Shown here piece after piece: positions 9,460-17,552 of a stretch of 64,000 nt of DNA. The position numbers and the translations under genes are program-made. How positions within the stretch are numbered: position 1 is the stretch's first letter; every line of letters starts with the position of its first letter. The notes beneath the pieces were generated by a model. The model did not search any database. It saw only the letters and a list, made by a program, of their open reading frames with translations, and had not been told where the DNA came from. Source of the DNA: Candidatus Versatilivorator sp. (GTDB lineage Bacteria > Acidobacteriota > Terriglobia > Versatilivoradales > Versatilivoraceae); NCBI GenBank assembly GCA_965207735.1, contig OZ242296.1:4928001-4992000 (forward strand). The letters are read 5' to 3'.

Positions 9460-10946
9460 GAGCCTTTTGCAAAATTCGCAGATAGCGGGAATTTTCACGT
9501 GGGGAAAGATCAAGGAGGGCAGGTGGAAGGAGGGGCAAGACCACTGTCTGTTGTATCATGAAGGTGTCTGAACCACATGATGAACGGAGGTGGAACTTGC
9601 CCCTTAGGGAAACCCTATCACGACACTGGTTCCGGTTTCAACGAGAGCTGTTTCCCCTGCTGGAGGAAGTTTTGGGGCCTCTGGGAGAGCGTTACCAGCG
9701 GCTGGTGCAGGTATTGGAGTTGGTGCGGGTGGAGGAGTTGCTGCCTTACAGTCGGGGCTGGCGTGGCCGGCCGCTGGAGGATCGGGCAGTGCTGGCGCGA
9801 GCCTATCTGGCGAAGTCGATGCTGGAGGTGGCGACCACGCGGGGATTGGTGGAGCGGCTGAGGAGTGAGGGGAGGCTGCGGCGGCTGTGCGGCTGGGAGA
9901 GGGCGTGGGAGGTACCGAGCGAGTCGACCTTCTCGCGGGCCTTTGCGGAATTCGCTGAGAGCGACCTGCCGGGGCGTTTGCACGAGGCATTGCTGGAGGA
10001 GACGCTGAAGGGCCACTTGGCGGGGCATGTGTCGAGGGACTCGACGGCGATTGCGGGACGGGAAAAGCCAGCGGCCAAGGCTGCGCCGGAGGCCAAGCGG
10101 AAACGCCGGCGGGGCCGGCCGCCGAAGGGCGAGCGACGGCCCAAGCGGTTGAGCCGGCTGGAGCGGCAGGGGTCGATGACGCTGGAGGAAATGTTGAAGG
10201 AGTTGCCCAAGGCCTGCGACATCGGCGTCAAGCGCAACGCCAAGGGGCATCAGGAGAGCTGGACCGGCTACAAGCTACACCTCGACGCCATTGACGGCGG
10301 GATTCCGGTCAGTTGTCTGCTGACCTCGGCCTCGGTGCATGACTCTCAGGCAGCCATTCCGCTGGCGACGCTGACGGCAAGGCGGGTCGAGAGTCTCTAC
10401 GACTTGATGGACAGCGCCTACGATGCGCCGGAGATCCGGGCCTTCAGTGAGAAGCTGGGGCATGTGCCGATTATTGACGTCAACCCCCGCCGAAGAGCTA
10501 CCTTGAAAGCCGAGCGGAAGCGGGAGGCACTGGCCCGGCGCTGTATCGGCCAAGTGACTCCCGAGGCGCGGCGCTACCGGGAACGCTCGACGGTGGAGCG
10601 GGTCAACGGACGGCTCAAGGAGGAGTTTGGCGGGAGGCAGGTGAGGGTTCGCGGCCCCGACAAGGTGAGGTGCCACCTGATGTTCGGCATTCTGGCCCTG
10701 ACGGTGGATCAGTTGATGCGCCTGACGCTCTGAAGACCGGGTTGCCACCCCCAACCGCACAGCAGGTTCGCCCGCCTCAAGGCCGGGAGAGGGTAAGCTG
10801 TGCCTGCGTCCGGCGACCGCTGGCCATCCGGCCATCAGATTCGGGCTTTTTCCTTCAAAAGGGTCTTTGCAGCTGGGTAGTCACCGCCGGAACATCACTG
10901 TTGCCAGCCCAATGTCATGCCCGATTCCGAATTTTGCAAAAGGCTC
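9460..10946 (+). mobile_element. Insertion sequence copy 2
   Basis: Same 19-bp TIRs; 4-bp TSD GCAG at 9456-9459 and 10947-10950. Confidence 0.97.
9558..10733 (+). CDS. DDE transposase (same protein as 588-1763)
   Basis: Identical 391-aa translation. Confidence 0.95.
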   Translation: MKVSEPHDERRWNLPLRETLSRHWFRFQRELFPLLEEVLGPLGERYQRLVQVLELVRVEELLPYSRGWRGRPLEDRAVLARAYLAKSMLEVATTRGLVERLRSEGRLRRLCGWERAWEVPSESTFSRAFAEFAESDLPGRLHEALLEETLKGHLAGHVSRDSTAIAGREKPAAKAAPEAKRKRRRGRPPKGERRPKRLSRLERQGSMTLEEMLKELPKACDIGVKRNAKGHQESWTGYKLHLDAIDGGIPVSCLLTSASVHDSQAAIPLATLTARRVESLYDLMDSAYDAPEIRAFSEKLGHVPIIDVNPRRRATLKAERKREALARRCIGQVTPEARRYRERSTVERVNGRLKEEFGGRQVRVRGPDKVRCHLMFGILALTVDQLMRLTL

Positions 10947-10990
10947 GCAGTAATAAACGGGAGGCGGAGCGGCCGCTTTGCGCCGAGGCT

Positions 10991-12868
10991 TTACTTGGAT
11001 AGGACGGTGGAGGACTGCTCCTTCAGCGGCACCCGAAAGCCCACCCTGGTTCGGCCGGCGGCAGACTGCACCTCGAGGGTGCCCTGCTCCCCGTAACAGA
11101 GCCGCAGGCGGCGCCGGACGTTCTCAAGGCCCTGTCCGTTCTCCCGGTGTCCGGAGGATTGAAACCCGGGGCCGTCGTCGGAGACCGTGACCCTGAGGGC
11201 GCCGTCTTCCAGGGCGGCGTCCAGCCCGATGCTTCCCCCCTCGGCCTTCCTGCCGATCCCGTGCTTGATGGCGTTTTCGACCAGGGGCTGGATCGAGAGG
11301 GCCGGGATTTCCACCCGGAGGGCTTCCGGGCTGACATCGATCCGGGTAGACAGGCGGTCCCCCAGCCGCAAGCGCTCCACCTCCAGGTAGGCCTGCACGG
11401 TTCGGAGTTCCTCTTCCAGCGGCACCTGCTGGCGATTCCCCTGCAGCAGGTAGCGAAAGATCTCGGCCAGGTTGACCACGGTGCGCCGTGCCTCGGCGGC
11501 CGCTCGCGGAATGAGGCCGTAGAGCGCATTGAGGGAGTTGAAGAGGAAGTGGGGATTGATCTGCGCCCGCAGGGCCTGCAGCTCCGCCCGGGTGGCCAGA
11601 CCCTGCAGCTCGGTGCGCCTCCGGCGAGCCACTTGCGCCTCCACCTCGGTGGCCAGGCGGTTCAGATCCTCCAGGTCCTGGCTGAGGTAGCGTCTCCCCG
11701 CCTGCCGCCCGCTCAAGAGCAGTACCTGGCGGTCTCCCTCGGCAAACCGCAGGGGCACCGCCACTTCGGCCCATCTCCTGGAGCCGAGTTCCGCACTTTG
11801 GCCACGGTCCAGAACCTGCGGGCCGATTCCCTCCCTGACAACAGGCCCCGGTGTGTCGCTCTCCGCCAGCAGCTCCGCGCGGCCGGCCTTGGCGAAGGCG
11901 GCCACTTCCCGGCCCGCCTGCTGCAGAAACACCTCTTCGCTCCCGGCGCCGGCCAGCGCCTGGAGCTTCTGCAGCGCCGCACTCAGGCTCCCCCTGCGAA
12001 AGACCCGGCGCTCCACCCATCTCTGAAGGTGGCCGCGCAGCTCGGAAAATCCGAGCAGGGCCAAGCCCACCCCGGTGATGGTCACCGCCAGTGAGAATCC
12101 CCCTTGGGCGGAGGCGGGATCGAGCTCCAGCCGGCTCAACAGCCCGATTAAGCCCACCGCGAATACCACCGCCAGCAGCGCATTCCCCAGAAAGCGAACG
12201 AAGACGTCCAGCAGCAGAAAGCGGTAGTCCTGCAGCAGCACCACCAGGGCCACGGGGATGCCGACATGGTGCAGGAGGAGTTCGTGAGCCCAGGCATCGG
12301 GTCCGTGGACCTCCCCGAAGTGGAGGAAGGAGACGGCAAACAGGAACAGGGCCATGGCGCCCAGCATGCGCATGCCCGCCCCCTTGCGCCGCTGCTGGTC
12401 TTTCCAGAGGACAAGGGCCGCCAGCACGGCCAGGCCGCCGAATCCGAAGGTGATCAGCCGGAGCCCGAACTGATGGGAAGCCCCCTCGGTGCCGAAGATT
12501 TCAGCCAGATGGATGCCGCAGGCCAGCAACCCCACTCCGTAACCGGTCCAGCTCAGCAGCGAACGCCGTGAGCCCATCGAAACGTGCAGCAGCACACTCG
12601 GCAGCAGGCTCAAGGTGGCAAAACTTCCCGCCACCATCACACGGCGCGCCAGGCTGGGTGAATCCGCCGCCGCCAGCACTCCCAAGGAACCGGCGTTCCA
12701 CAGCAGGGCCAGCAGGGCCGCCCCGCCCGGCAGCCAGATGTCCCCGCGGAGCGACCGGCGCCGGCTGCGCCAAAGGAAGTAGAGAAAACCGCTGAAGGCC
12801 GCCAAGCCAAAGATGTGGCCCAGCGTATTGACCAGCAGCGGCAGATGAATGGTGGATTCATTGTCCAT
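10991..12868 (-). CDS. LytS/YehU-family membrane sensor histidine kinase
   Basis: Multiple N-terminal TM segments; ALRAQINPHFLFNSLN, QPLVENAIKHG, VSDDGPG and GQGLENVRRRL motifs. Confidence 0.92.
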   Translation of the reverse strand: MDNESTIHLPLLVNTLGHIFGLAAFSGFLYFLWRSRRRSLRGDIWLPGGAALLALLWNAGSLGVLAAADSPSLARRVMVAGSFATLSLLPSVLLHVSMGSRRSLLSWTGYGVGLLACGIHLAEIFGTEGASHQFGLRLITFGFGGLAVLAALVLWKDQQRRKGAGMRMLGAMALFLFAVSFLHFGEVHGPDAWAHELLLHHVGIPVALVVLLQDYRFLLLDVFVRFLGNALLAVVFAVGLIGLLSRLELDPASAQGGFSLAVTITGVGLALLGFSELRGHLQRWVERRVFRRGSLSAALQKLQALAGAGSEEVFLQQAGREVAAFAKAGRAELLAESDTPGPVVREGIGPQVLDRGQSAELGSRRWAEVAVPLRFAEGDRQVLLLSGRQAGRRYLSQDLEDLNRLATEVEAQVARRRRTELQGLATRAELQALRAQINPHFLFNSLNALYGLIPRAAAEARRTVVNLAEIFRYLLQGNRQQVPLEEELRTVQAYLEVERLRLGDRLSTRIDVSPEALRVEIPALSIQPLVENAIKHGIGRKAEGGSIGLDAALEDGALRVTVSDDGPGFQSSGHRENGQGLENVRRRLRLCYGEQGTLEVQSAAGRTRVGFRVPLKEQSSTVLSK

Positions 12869-13193
12869 GGATCGGGCCTGCCCCCATCAGTATACGTTCT
12901 GAACGGGCATTTTCCATTGGCTCTGCGCCGTTGGTGCATAATAGGAACTTTGGCAGGAAAACCGGTACGCGTCTCGATCGCCCGACAGGGGGCGGCGCTC
13001 GAGTCATCCGGCAGCCGGCAACGACATGCCATGGCTCCGGGAGCCGATGCCGACCGCTCCGGCTCGGGTCGTCACGACGGGTCCCGGGTTATCCGCCCGC
13101 GGTTCGGATGGGGCCGCCGATGCGGCAGATCCTCCCACCGGTCGAAACCCACTCTGCCTTGAACCCGGGATTGGTTTATAAGAACGAGCAACT

Positions 13194-13955
13194 ATGCTCA
13201 GGAAACCCCTTCGAACGCTGGTGGTGGACGACGAACCCGTATCCCGGCGGGTGCTGCTGGAGGACCTGGCCGAGATGGAGGACGTCTCGGTGGTCGGTGA
13301 AGCCGACAACGGCCAGCGGGCGCTGCAGCAGATCGAGAAGCTCCGGCCGGACCTGGTCCTGCTCGACATTCAAATGCCGGTCATGGACGGCTTCCAGGTG
13401 CTCAGCCAACTCCAGGGGCCGCTGCCATCCATCATCTTCGTGACCGCTTACAGCGAGCATGCCCTCAATGCCTTCGAGGTCGGGGCAGTCGACTACCTGC
13501 TGAAACCCGTCAGTCCCGATCGTCTGAACAGAGCGGTGGAGCGTGCCTGGGCCGCCCTGGGGAACCGGCTGGAAGCCGTGGAACGGGTGGCCTTAACGCT
13601 GGGTGCGGCCGAGGCCGGGAAGAAGCGGCGAGTAGTGAAGATCGCCGCCAGGAAAGGTGAAGACTACTATCTGCTGGATATGGATGAAGTCTTTGCTTTT
13701 CAGGCCGATCGCGAAATCGTCTGGATCAGGACCCGCGACAAGAGCTACATGGCCGCTCAGACCCTCCAGGCCATCGACGATCGCCTGGGCGGAACCCAGT
13801 TTCAGCGGGTCCATCGGAGCGTTCTGGTCAACCTGGACAAGGTCCGCAAGATAAGCACTCTCAGCAGCCAGCGCTGGTTGCTGACTCTGACCAACGGACT
13901 GGAATACACCGTGAGCAAGCGGCAGACTCCCCTGCTCCGGGACCTGCTGCGGTAA
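13194..13955 (+). CDS. LytTR-family response regulator
   Basis: REC domain (VVDDE, LLDIQMP, FVTAY, DYLLKP) plus LytTR motif FQRVHRSVLVN; divergent from the kinase. Confidence 0.93.
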   Translation: MLRKPLRTLVVDDEPVSRRVLLEDLAEMEDVSVVGEADNGQRALQQIEKLRPDLVLLDIQMPVMDGFQVLSQLQGPLPSIIFVTAYSEHALNAFEVGAVDYLLKPVSPDRLNRAVERAWAALGNRLEAVERVALTLGAAEAGKKRRVVKIAARKGEDYYLLDMDEVFAFQADREIVWIRTRDKSYMAAQTLQAIDDRLGGTQFQRVHRSVLVNLDKVRKISTLSSQRWLLTLTNGLEYTVSKRQTPLLRDLLR

Positions 13956-14025
13956 GCCGCGTTGCTCACCGGCGCCCGGGTAGTGGAACAAGCGGGAGGA
14001 TTGCTTCCGCCGCCTATGCAGCTAG

Positions 14026-15137
14026 CCCGCATTTCTCAGTGCGCCATGGAAAGGCGCCTTCTTCCAACGGGTGCGAAACCCGTCCAACAACTGTCGCTCC
14101 GGTTGGTAGCAGTCAGGGCGGATCATGGAGGTAACGATATGGTCTGAAGCCCTCTGGTGTCAAAGGGCCGCTTAAGGCGGTTCAGCGAGCATGCGGGCCG
14201 GAACGCGAGTGAACGTCGAGCAGGCCTCGAAACGGGCAATGCGGGGGCCGACCCACCTGAGAAATGGGGAAGGCCGAAGACGGAGGGGGAAGCGAGCGAC
14301 GCGGGCACCCCTTTGGACCCGCCGGGGTAGTGGCGCTGGCACGCATGGAAGGGGAAGAAGGCAGCAACATGGGAAGCCCTGTGGGTGGTGAGGCACGCAC
14401 CGAACCGGAAGCTCGCGAGAGTCAGTCTAGGCCGACAGGGTGGCGGAGAGGCCTGTAGTACCGGAGAAGCCGGGTAATACCGGTGGAGGGAAGGGGCCTC
14501 AGGTGAGGAGCGGTGACCGAAGGGGGAAGGGTCCCGGGAGTGGCGAAAGCCTGAAACCCCGACCAAAAAAGGGCCGGAGACTCCGGAAGCATCACATGCA
14601 AAAGTGAAAGGGTCGTCGGAGGAGGACGGCGTCGTCAGGGCATCAACAGGCCTGGCGGCAACCCGGGAGCGGAAGTGGATGGAGTGGGGGACGGGTGCCA
14701 ATCCCATAGGAGTCGTCCACGGATGCGAGCGGGGACCTGTGTGCGAGACGCATGATCCCACTGGAGAGCCGAGATGCGGGAAAACCGCACGTCCGGTTCG
14801 GAGAGCGGGGACTGGAAACGTGATAAGGGAGCCGGACTGAGGCCCGAAGCGAAAGCGACGGAATAGCCACCGGACCCTATAGTCAACGCGCCAGTCCTCG
14901 ACTCTACCCAGGGGGCATGATCATGGCGCAGGATTTTTCCCTTCAGCGCGTGCTCGCGACCGAAGAGCGTAGCGGTCACTACGCGCGAGGGAGCATGTGC
15001 GCGCTGAAGGGAAAAAGACAAGCCAGGGCATGCCCAGCGCCGTCTGTTACCCGCAAACCCTTACCATGGAGCCAATCAAAGTACTGAAGATGAACTACTT
15101 TTCGTCATGGCACCAGCGACCTGGTGAGAGATGCGGG
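14026..15137 (+). mobile_element. 243-bp IS1380-type MITE interrupted in its left TIR by a group II intron
   Basis: Flanked by CTAG at 14022-14025 and 15138-15141. Removing 14039-14907 leaves exactly 243 bp, matching the intact inverted copy at 20839-21081. Confidence 0.92.
14039..14907 (+). ncRNA. ORF-less group II intron (IIB-like bacterial class), 869 nt
   Basis: 5' GTGCG. Domain V GAGCCGAGATGCGGGAAAACCGCACGTCCGGTTC at 14766-14799. Domain VI with bulged A14901 and 3' end CTCGACTCTAC. EBS1 loop TGAGAAA (14258-14264) complementary to the 5' exon TTTCTCA. Confidence 0.92.
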
Positions 15138-15295
15138 CTAGGGGGTTGAACTGACCTGTTCCAATGGGCTGCCGCCCCGACTTACGCCCACGGTTAAGTG
15201 CGGACGCCGCCTTGGCGGCTTATTGGCCCCCAGAGTGGCGCCCCGGGGGATGATCATTGGAAAATGCCGGCCCCTGTCCCAGCCAGGGATTCCAT

Positions 15296-15910
15296 CTACA
15301 CGATGAATTGCCTGGTCAGATAGACGGTGGCCGCTTCGCCGATCAGAACGGCCAGGATGAAGAGGGCGATGGCCCGGCCGCCCCTCATGTTGCAGGAGAT
15401 CGAGAAGGCCTTCCACATCAAGGCCACCATCCACACCACCCCGGCCAAGGTCACCAGGATACCGGTGGCCAGGGCCCCCCAGGGAAGTCCGGCCAGTTGA
15501 CCGCTTATCACGGCCGCCGCCACCCCGTCGAAAGCGTCTTGGATCAAGGGAAGGTTGCAGATCGCGGCCACCAGGAGCAGGGGCATCCGGGCCATGGCCT
15601 GGGTGCCTGCAATGTCGATAAGCCGAACGGCGCTCTTGCTGAAGAGCAGAGCCACCAACAGCAGCAGCAGAGTGAACACGGACCAGTTCACCAGCCCCTC
15701 CACCACCGGCACCCACAGCGCGACCTCGTTGCCCCCATGCACGTCGAGCAACCCGTCGAAGTGTATGCCGGCGCCGGCGGCCGCCAGTCCGGCCGCCACA
15801 ATCCCGGCGAGGCCGATAGCCAGGGACCGGGCACCGGCGATTCGAACGAAGGGATTGAACATCCACCGGCCGACGGTCATCTCCTGATGGGCTGAGGGGC
15901 TATTCTCCAT
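15296..15910 (-). CDS. Multi-pass membrane protein (YIP1-like)
   Basis: 204 aa with about 5-6 hydrophobic segments; GAGGTG-type RBS upstream. Confidence 0.7.
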   Translation of the reverse strand: MENSPSAHQEMTVGRWMFNPFVRIAGARSLAIGLAGIVAAGLAAAGAGIHFDGLLDVHGGNEVALWVPVVEGLVNWSVFTLLLLLVALLFSKSAVRLIDIAGTQAMARMPLLLVAAICNLPLIQDAFDGVAAAVISGQLAGLPWGALATGILVTLAGVVWMVALMWKAFSISCNMRGGRAIALFILAVLIGEAATVYLTRQFIV

Positions 15911-16019
15911 CTTTCACCTCGTGTCCGTTGAGAGCCTCCATGACATCGCTCAGCAGGGAAATCAGATCGTCCAGCCGGTCGCGCACGGTCGCATGCCGCA
16001 CGCTGAATTTCCTGCCGGT
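15900..16019 (-). pseudogene. 3' remnant of a DUF2089-like HTH gene
   Basis: Translates TGRKFSVRHATVRDRLDDLISLLSDVMEALNGHEVKDGE*, like the DUF2089 SYPTVRNRLDDLI motif. No start codon; abuts the toxin stop and overlaps the membrane-protein start. Confidence 0.5.
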
Positions 16020-16020
16020 T

Positions 16021-16437
16021 TCAATTCGTTTTCATTAGGATGATGAAGCCTTCCTGGGCGAAATGGCGGTCATTGGTCAGGATTTCGGTGATGGATTCGG
16101 CCTCCATGACGTTCATGGAAATACAATCCTGCAGACTGTAAGCCTTGTCGCTTCGCGCCTCAAACCGCGCCAGTCCTTTTTGAAAGGATTCTCGCGATTG
16201 GGGAACCACACTTACGTTCGGATTCGCGAGAATCGTATGCACGATTCTTGCCGCACCGAGGCGAAGCGCGGGGCTACCCCGGGACAAAGCCGCCAGAAAC
16301 TCCGTCAGAACTTCATCCGTAGTAACAAGGCGCGCGTGACCCAATTGCCGGCGGGCTCTTGTCGCAGCTTCTTTCCACGGATCGTTCGGCCGGACTGTAG
16401 CAATCCAATAGACAGTGTCAACGAATACGGTCTTCAC
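16021..16437 (-). CDS. vapC: VapC-family PIN-domain ribonuclease toxin, 138 aa
   Basis: GTG start overlaps the upstream TGA. VFVDT, TTDEVLTEF, YSLQDCIS and ILTNDRHFAQEGF motifs. Confidence 0.9.
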   Translation of the reverse strand: MKTVFVDTVYWIATVRPNDPWKEAATRARRQLGHARLVTTDEVLTEFLAALSRGSPALRLGAARIVHTILANPNVSVVPQSRESFQKGLARFEARSDKAYSLQDCISMNVMEAESITEILTNDRHFAQEGFIILMKTN

Positions 16438-17267
16438 CAGTTCTGGTCGCCGTACAGGTAGTGGTCCAATCGGTCCGTAAGGTCTGCAGGAAGGCTTTCC
16501 CAATCCTCGGCGGTGACACCCTTCAATGCTTCAGCCATTGCATCCTCCACATCGGGAGGCTTTACCTGTGCAGTGGACTCATCAGGAATCAGAATCGCTC
16601 GAATGGCCGCCTCGATCTCAGTCGGATTGGTCAGAAACCATTCTTTCCCGGGTAAGTCATCGATCACCTGTTTGCGCTCCCTGAACCATGCATGGAGGAG
16701 ATCCTCACGTCTCTTGGCTTCAGCCTCGTCCTCACACCCAATCCGAAGCAGGTAGCACGGCCGTTCAGGTAGATTCTCCCAGAAATCCCCAAGCCGCCGC
16801 CGGAACCCGTCTGCGCCAGCCCGTCCGATCTTTATCCTCCATCTTCGCCGGAAAGTTTCGCGGTAACGTGGAAGGCACCAAGCATAGACCTCACAGGGTC
16901 CTTCCCCGAAGTCCTTCTCAGGAGCCAGAGAATCGCCGTCGTACGAATCGCTTACCTGAAGCGGAGAAGCAGCCGAGTGGTCCGCGTATTCCGCCTGATC
17001 GGGGAAGGCTGTAAACCGATAGCGACCGCGGGCTTCCTTCCGGAAGGGGCTCTCATTTCCAACCAGCCATTTCTTGAGAACGATCGCTATGTTTTTTTTG
17101 GTGGTGTCCCTGCTCCCACCCAAGCGAAGGAATTGTTCCCTCAGCACTTCACAGATTCTGTCCTTCTTGTACAATTCCCCAAGGTTAAAGATCCCTGGAA
17201 GTCGACACAGTTCCCGGGCTACCTCCGCCCCAAACGGCTCCTTTGCCAATTCGTGTAACAGATCCAT
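16434..17267 (-). CDS. Fusion protein: N-terminal wHTH-like region, T5orf172/GIY-YIG-like nuclease domain, C-terminal DHYLYG antitoxin-like tail
   Basis: VYAW...IKIGRA...RRL...REDLLHAWF...GKEWF; ends LPADLTDRLDHYLYG. Start at ATG 17267 (GGGGAGG RBS) or TTG 17309. Confidence 0.75.
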   Translation of the reverse strand: MDLLHELAKEPFGAEVARELCRLPGIFNLGELYKKDRICEVLREQFLRLGGSRDTTKKNIAIVLKKWLVGNESPFRKEARGRYRFTAFPDQAEYADHSAASPLQVSDSYDGDSLAPEKDFGEGPCEVYAWCLPRYRETFRRRWRIKIGRAGADGFRRRLGDFWENLPERPCYLLRIGCEDEAEAKRREDLLHAWFRERKQVIDDLPGKEWFLTNPTEIEAAIRAILIPDESTAQVKPPDVEDAMAEALKGVTAEDWESLPADLTDRLDHYLYGDQNW

Positions 17268-17552
17268 TCCCTCCCCCTGTTGGGTCACTTCCCTCCAAGA
17301 GTCCTTCAAATAACGCCAGTGGAATCTGTCGCTCCCAGTACTTCGGGCCTACTGCAACGCTGCGGTGGCAGGCAATCCTTCCTTCCCTGATCTCGCCAGC
17401 GCATCGCCCGCGACCGGCAAGAAGACTATCACAGATTGGCACCTTAGGTCAATAGGAACCTGAAAGGTACACAGGAAGAGACTATATGGACCGTAAGGAT
17501 ACAATGGCTTGCATATTGTAGGAACTACTGTCACGCCGCCACCCGGCACTAG

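Noticed and set aside
490-10946. Composite transposon formed by IS copies 1 and 2 around the S8 operon
   Set aside because: Copy 2 has its own GCAG duplication, and the outer flanks (GTAA, GCAG) do not match, so it did not arrive as a unit.
14238-14245. AATGCGGG in the intron is complementary to CCCGCATT of the TIR and looked like EBS2
   Set aside because: GCGGG can pair internally with CCCGC at ~14318-14322 as a domain I stem, so it is probably structural. I did not claim it as EBS2 without a structural alignment.
14123-15021. Short ORFs inside the intron and MITE
   Set aside because: No RT or transposase motifs; they are explained by the structured RNA and MITE sequence.
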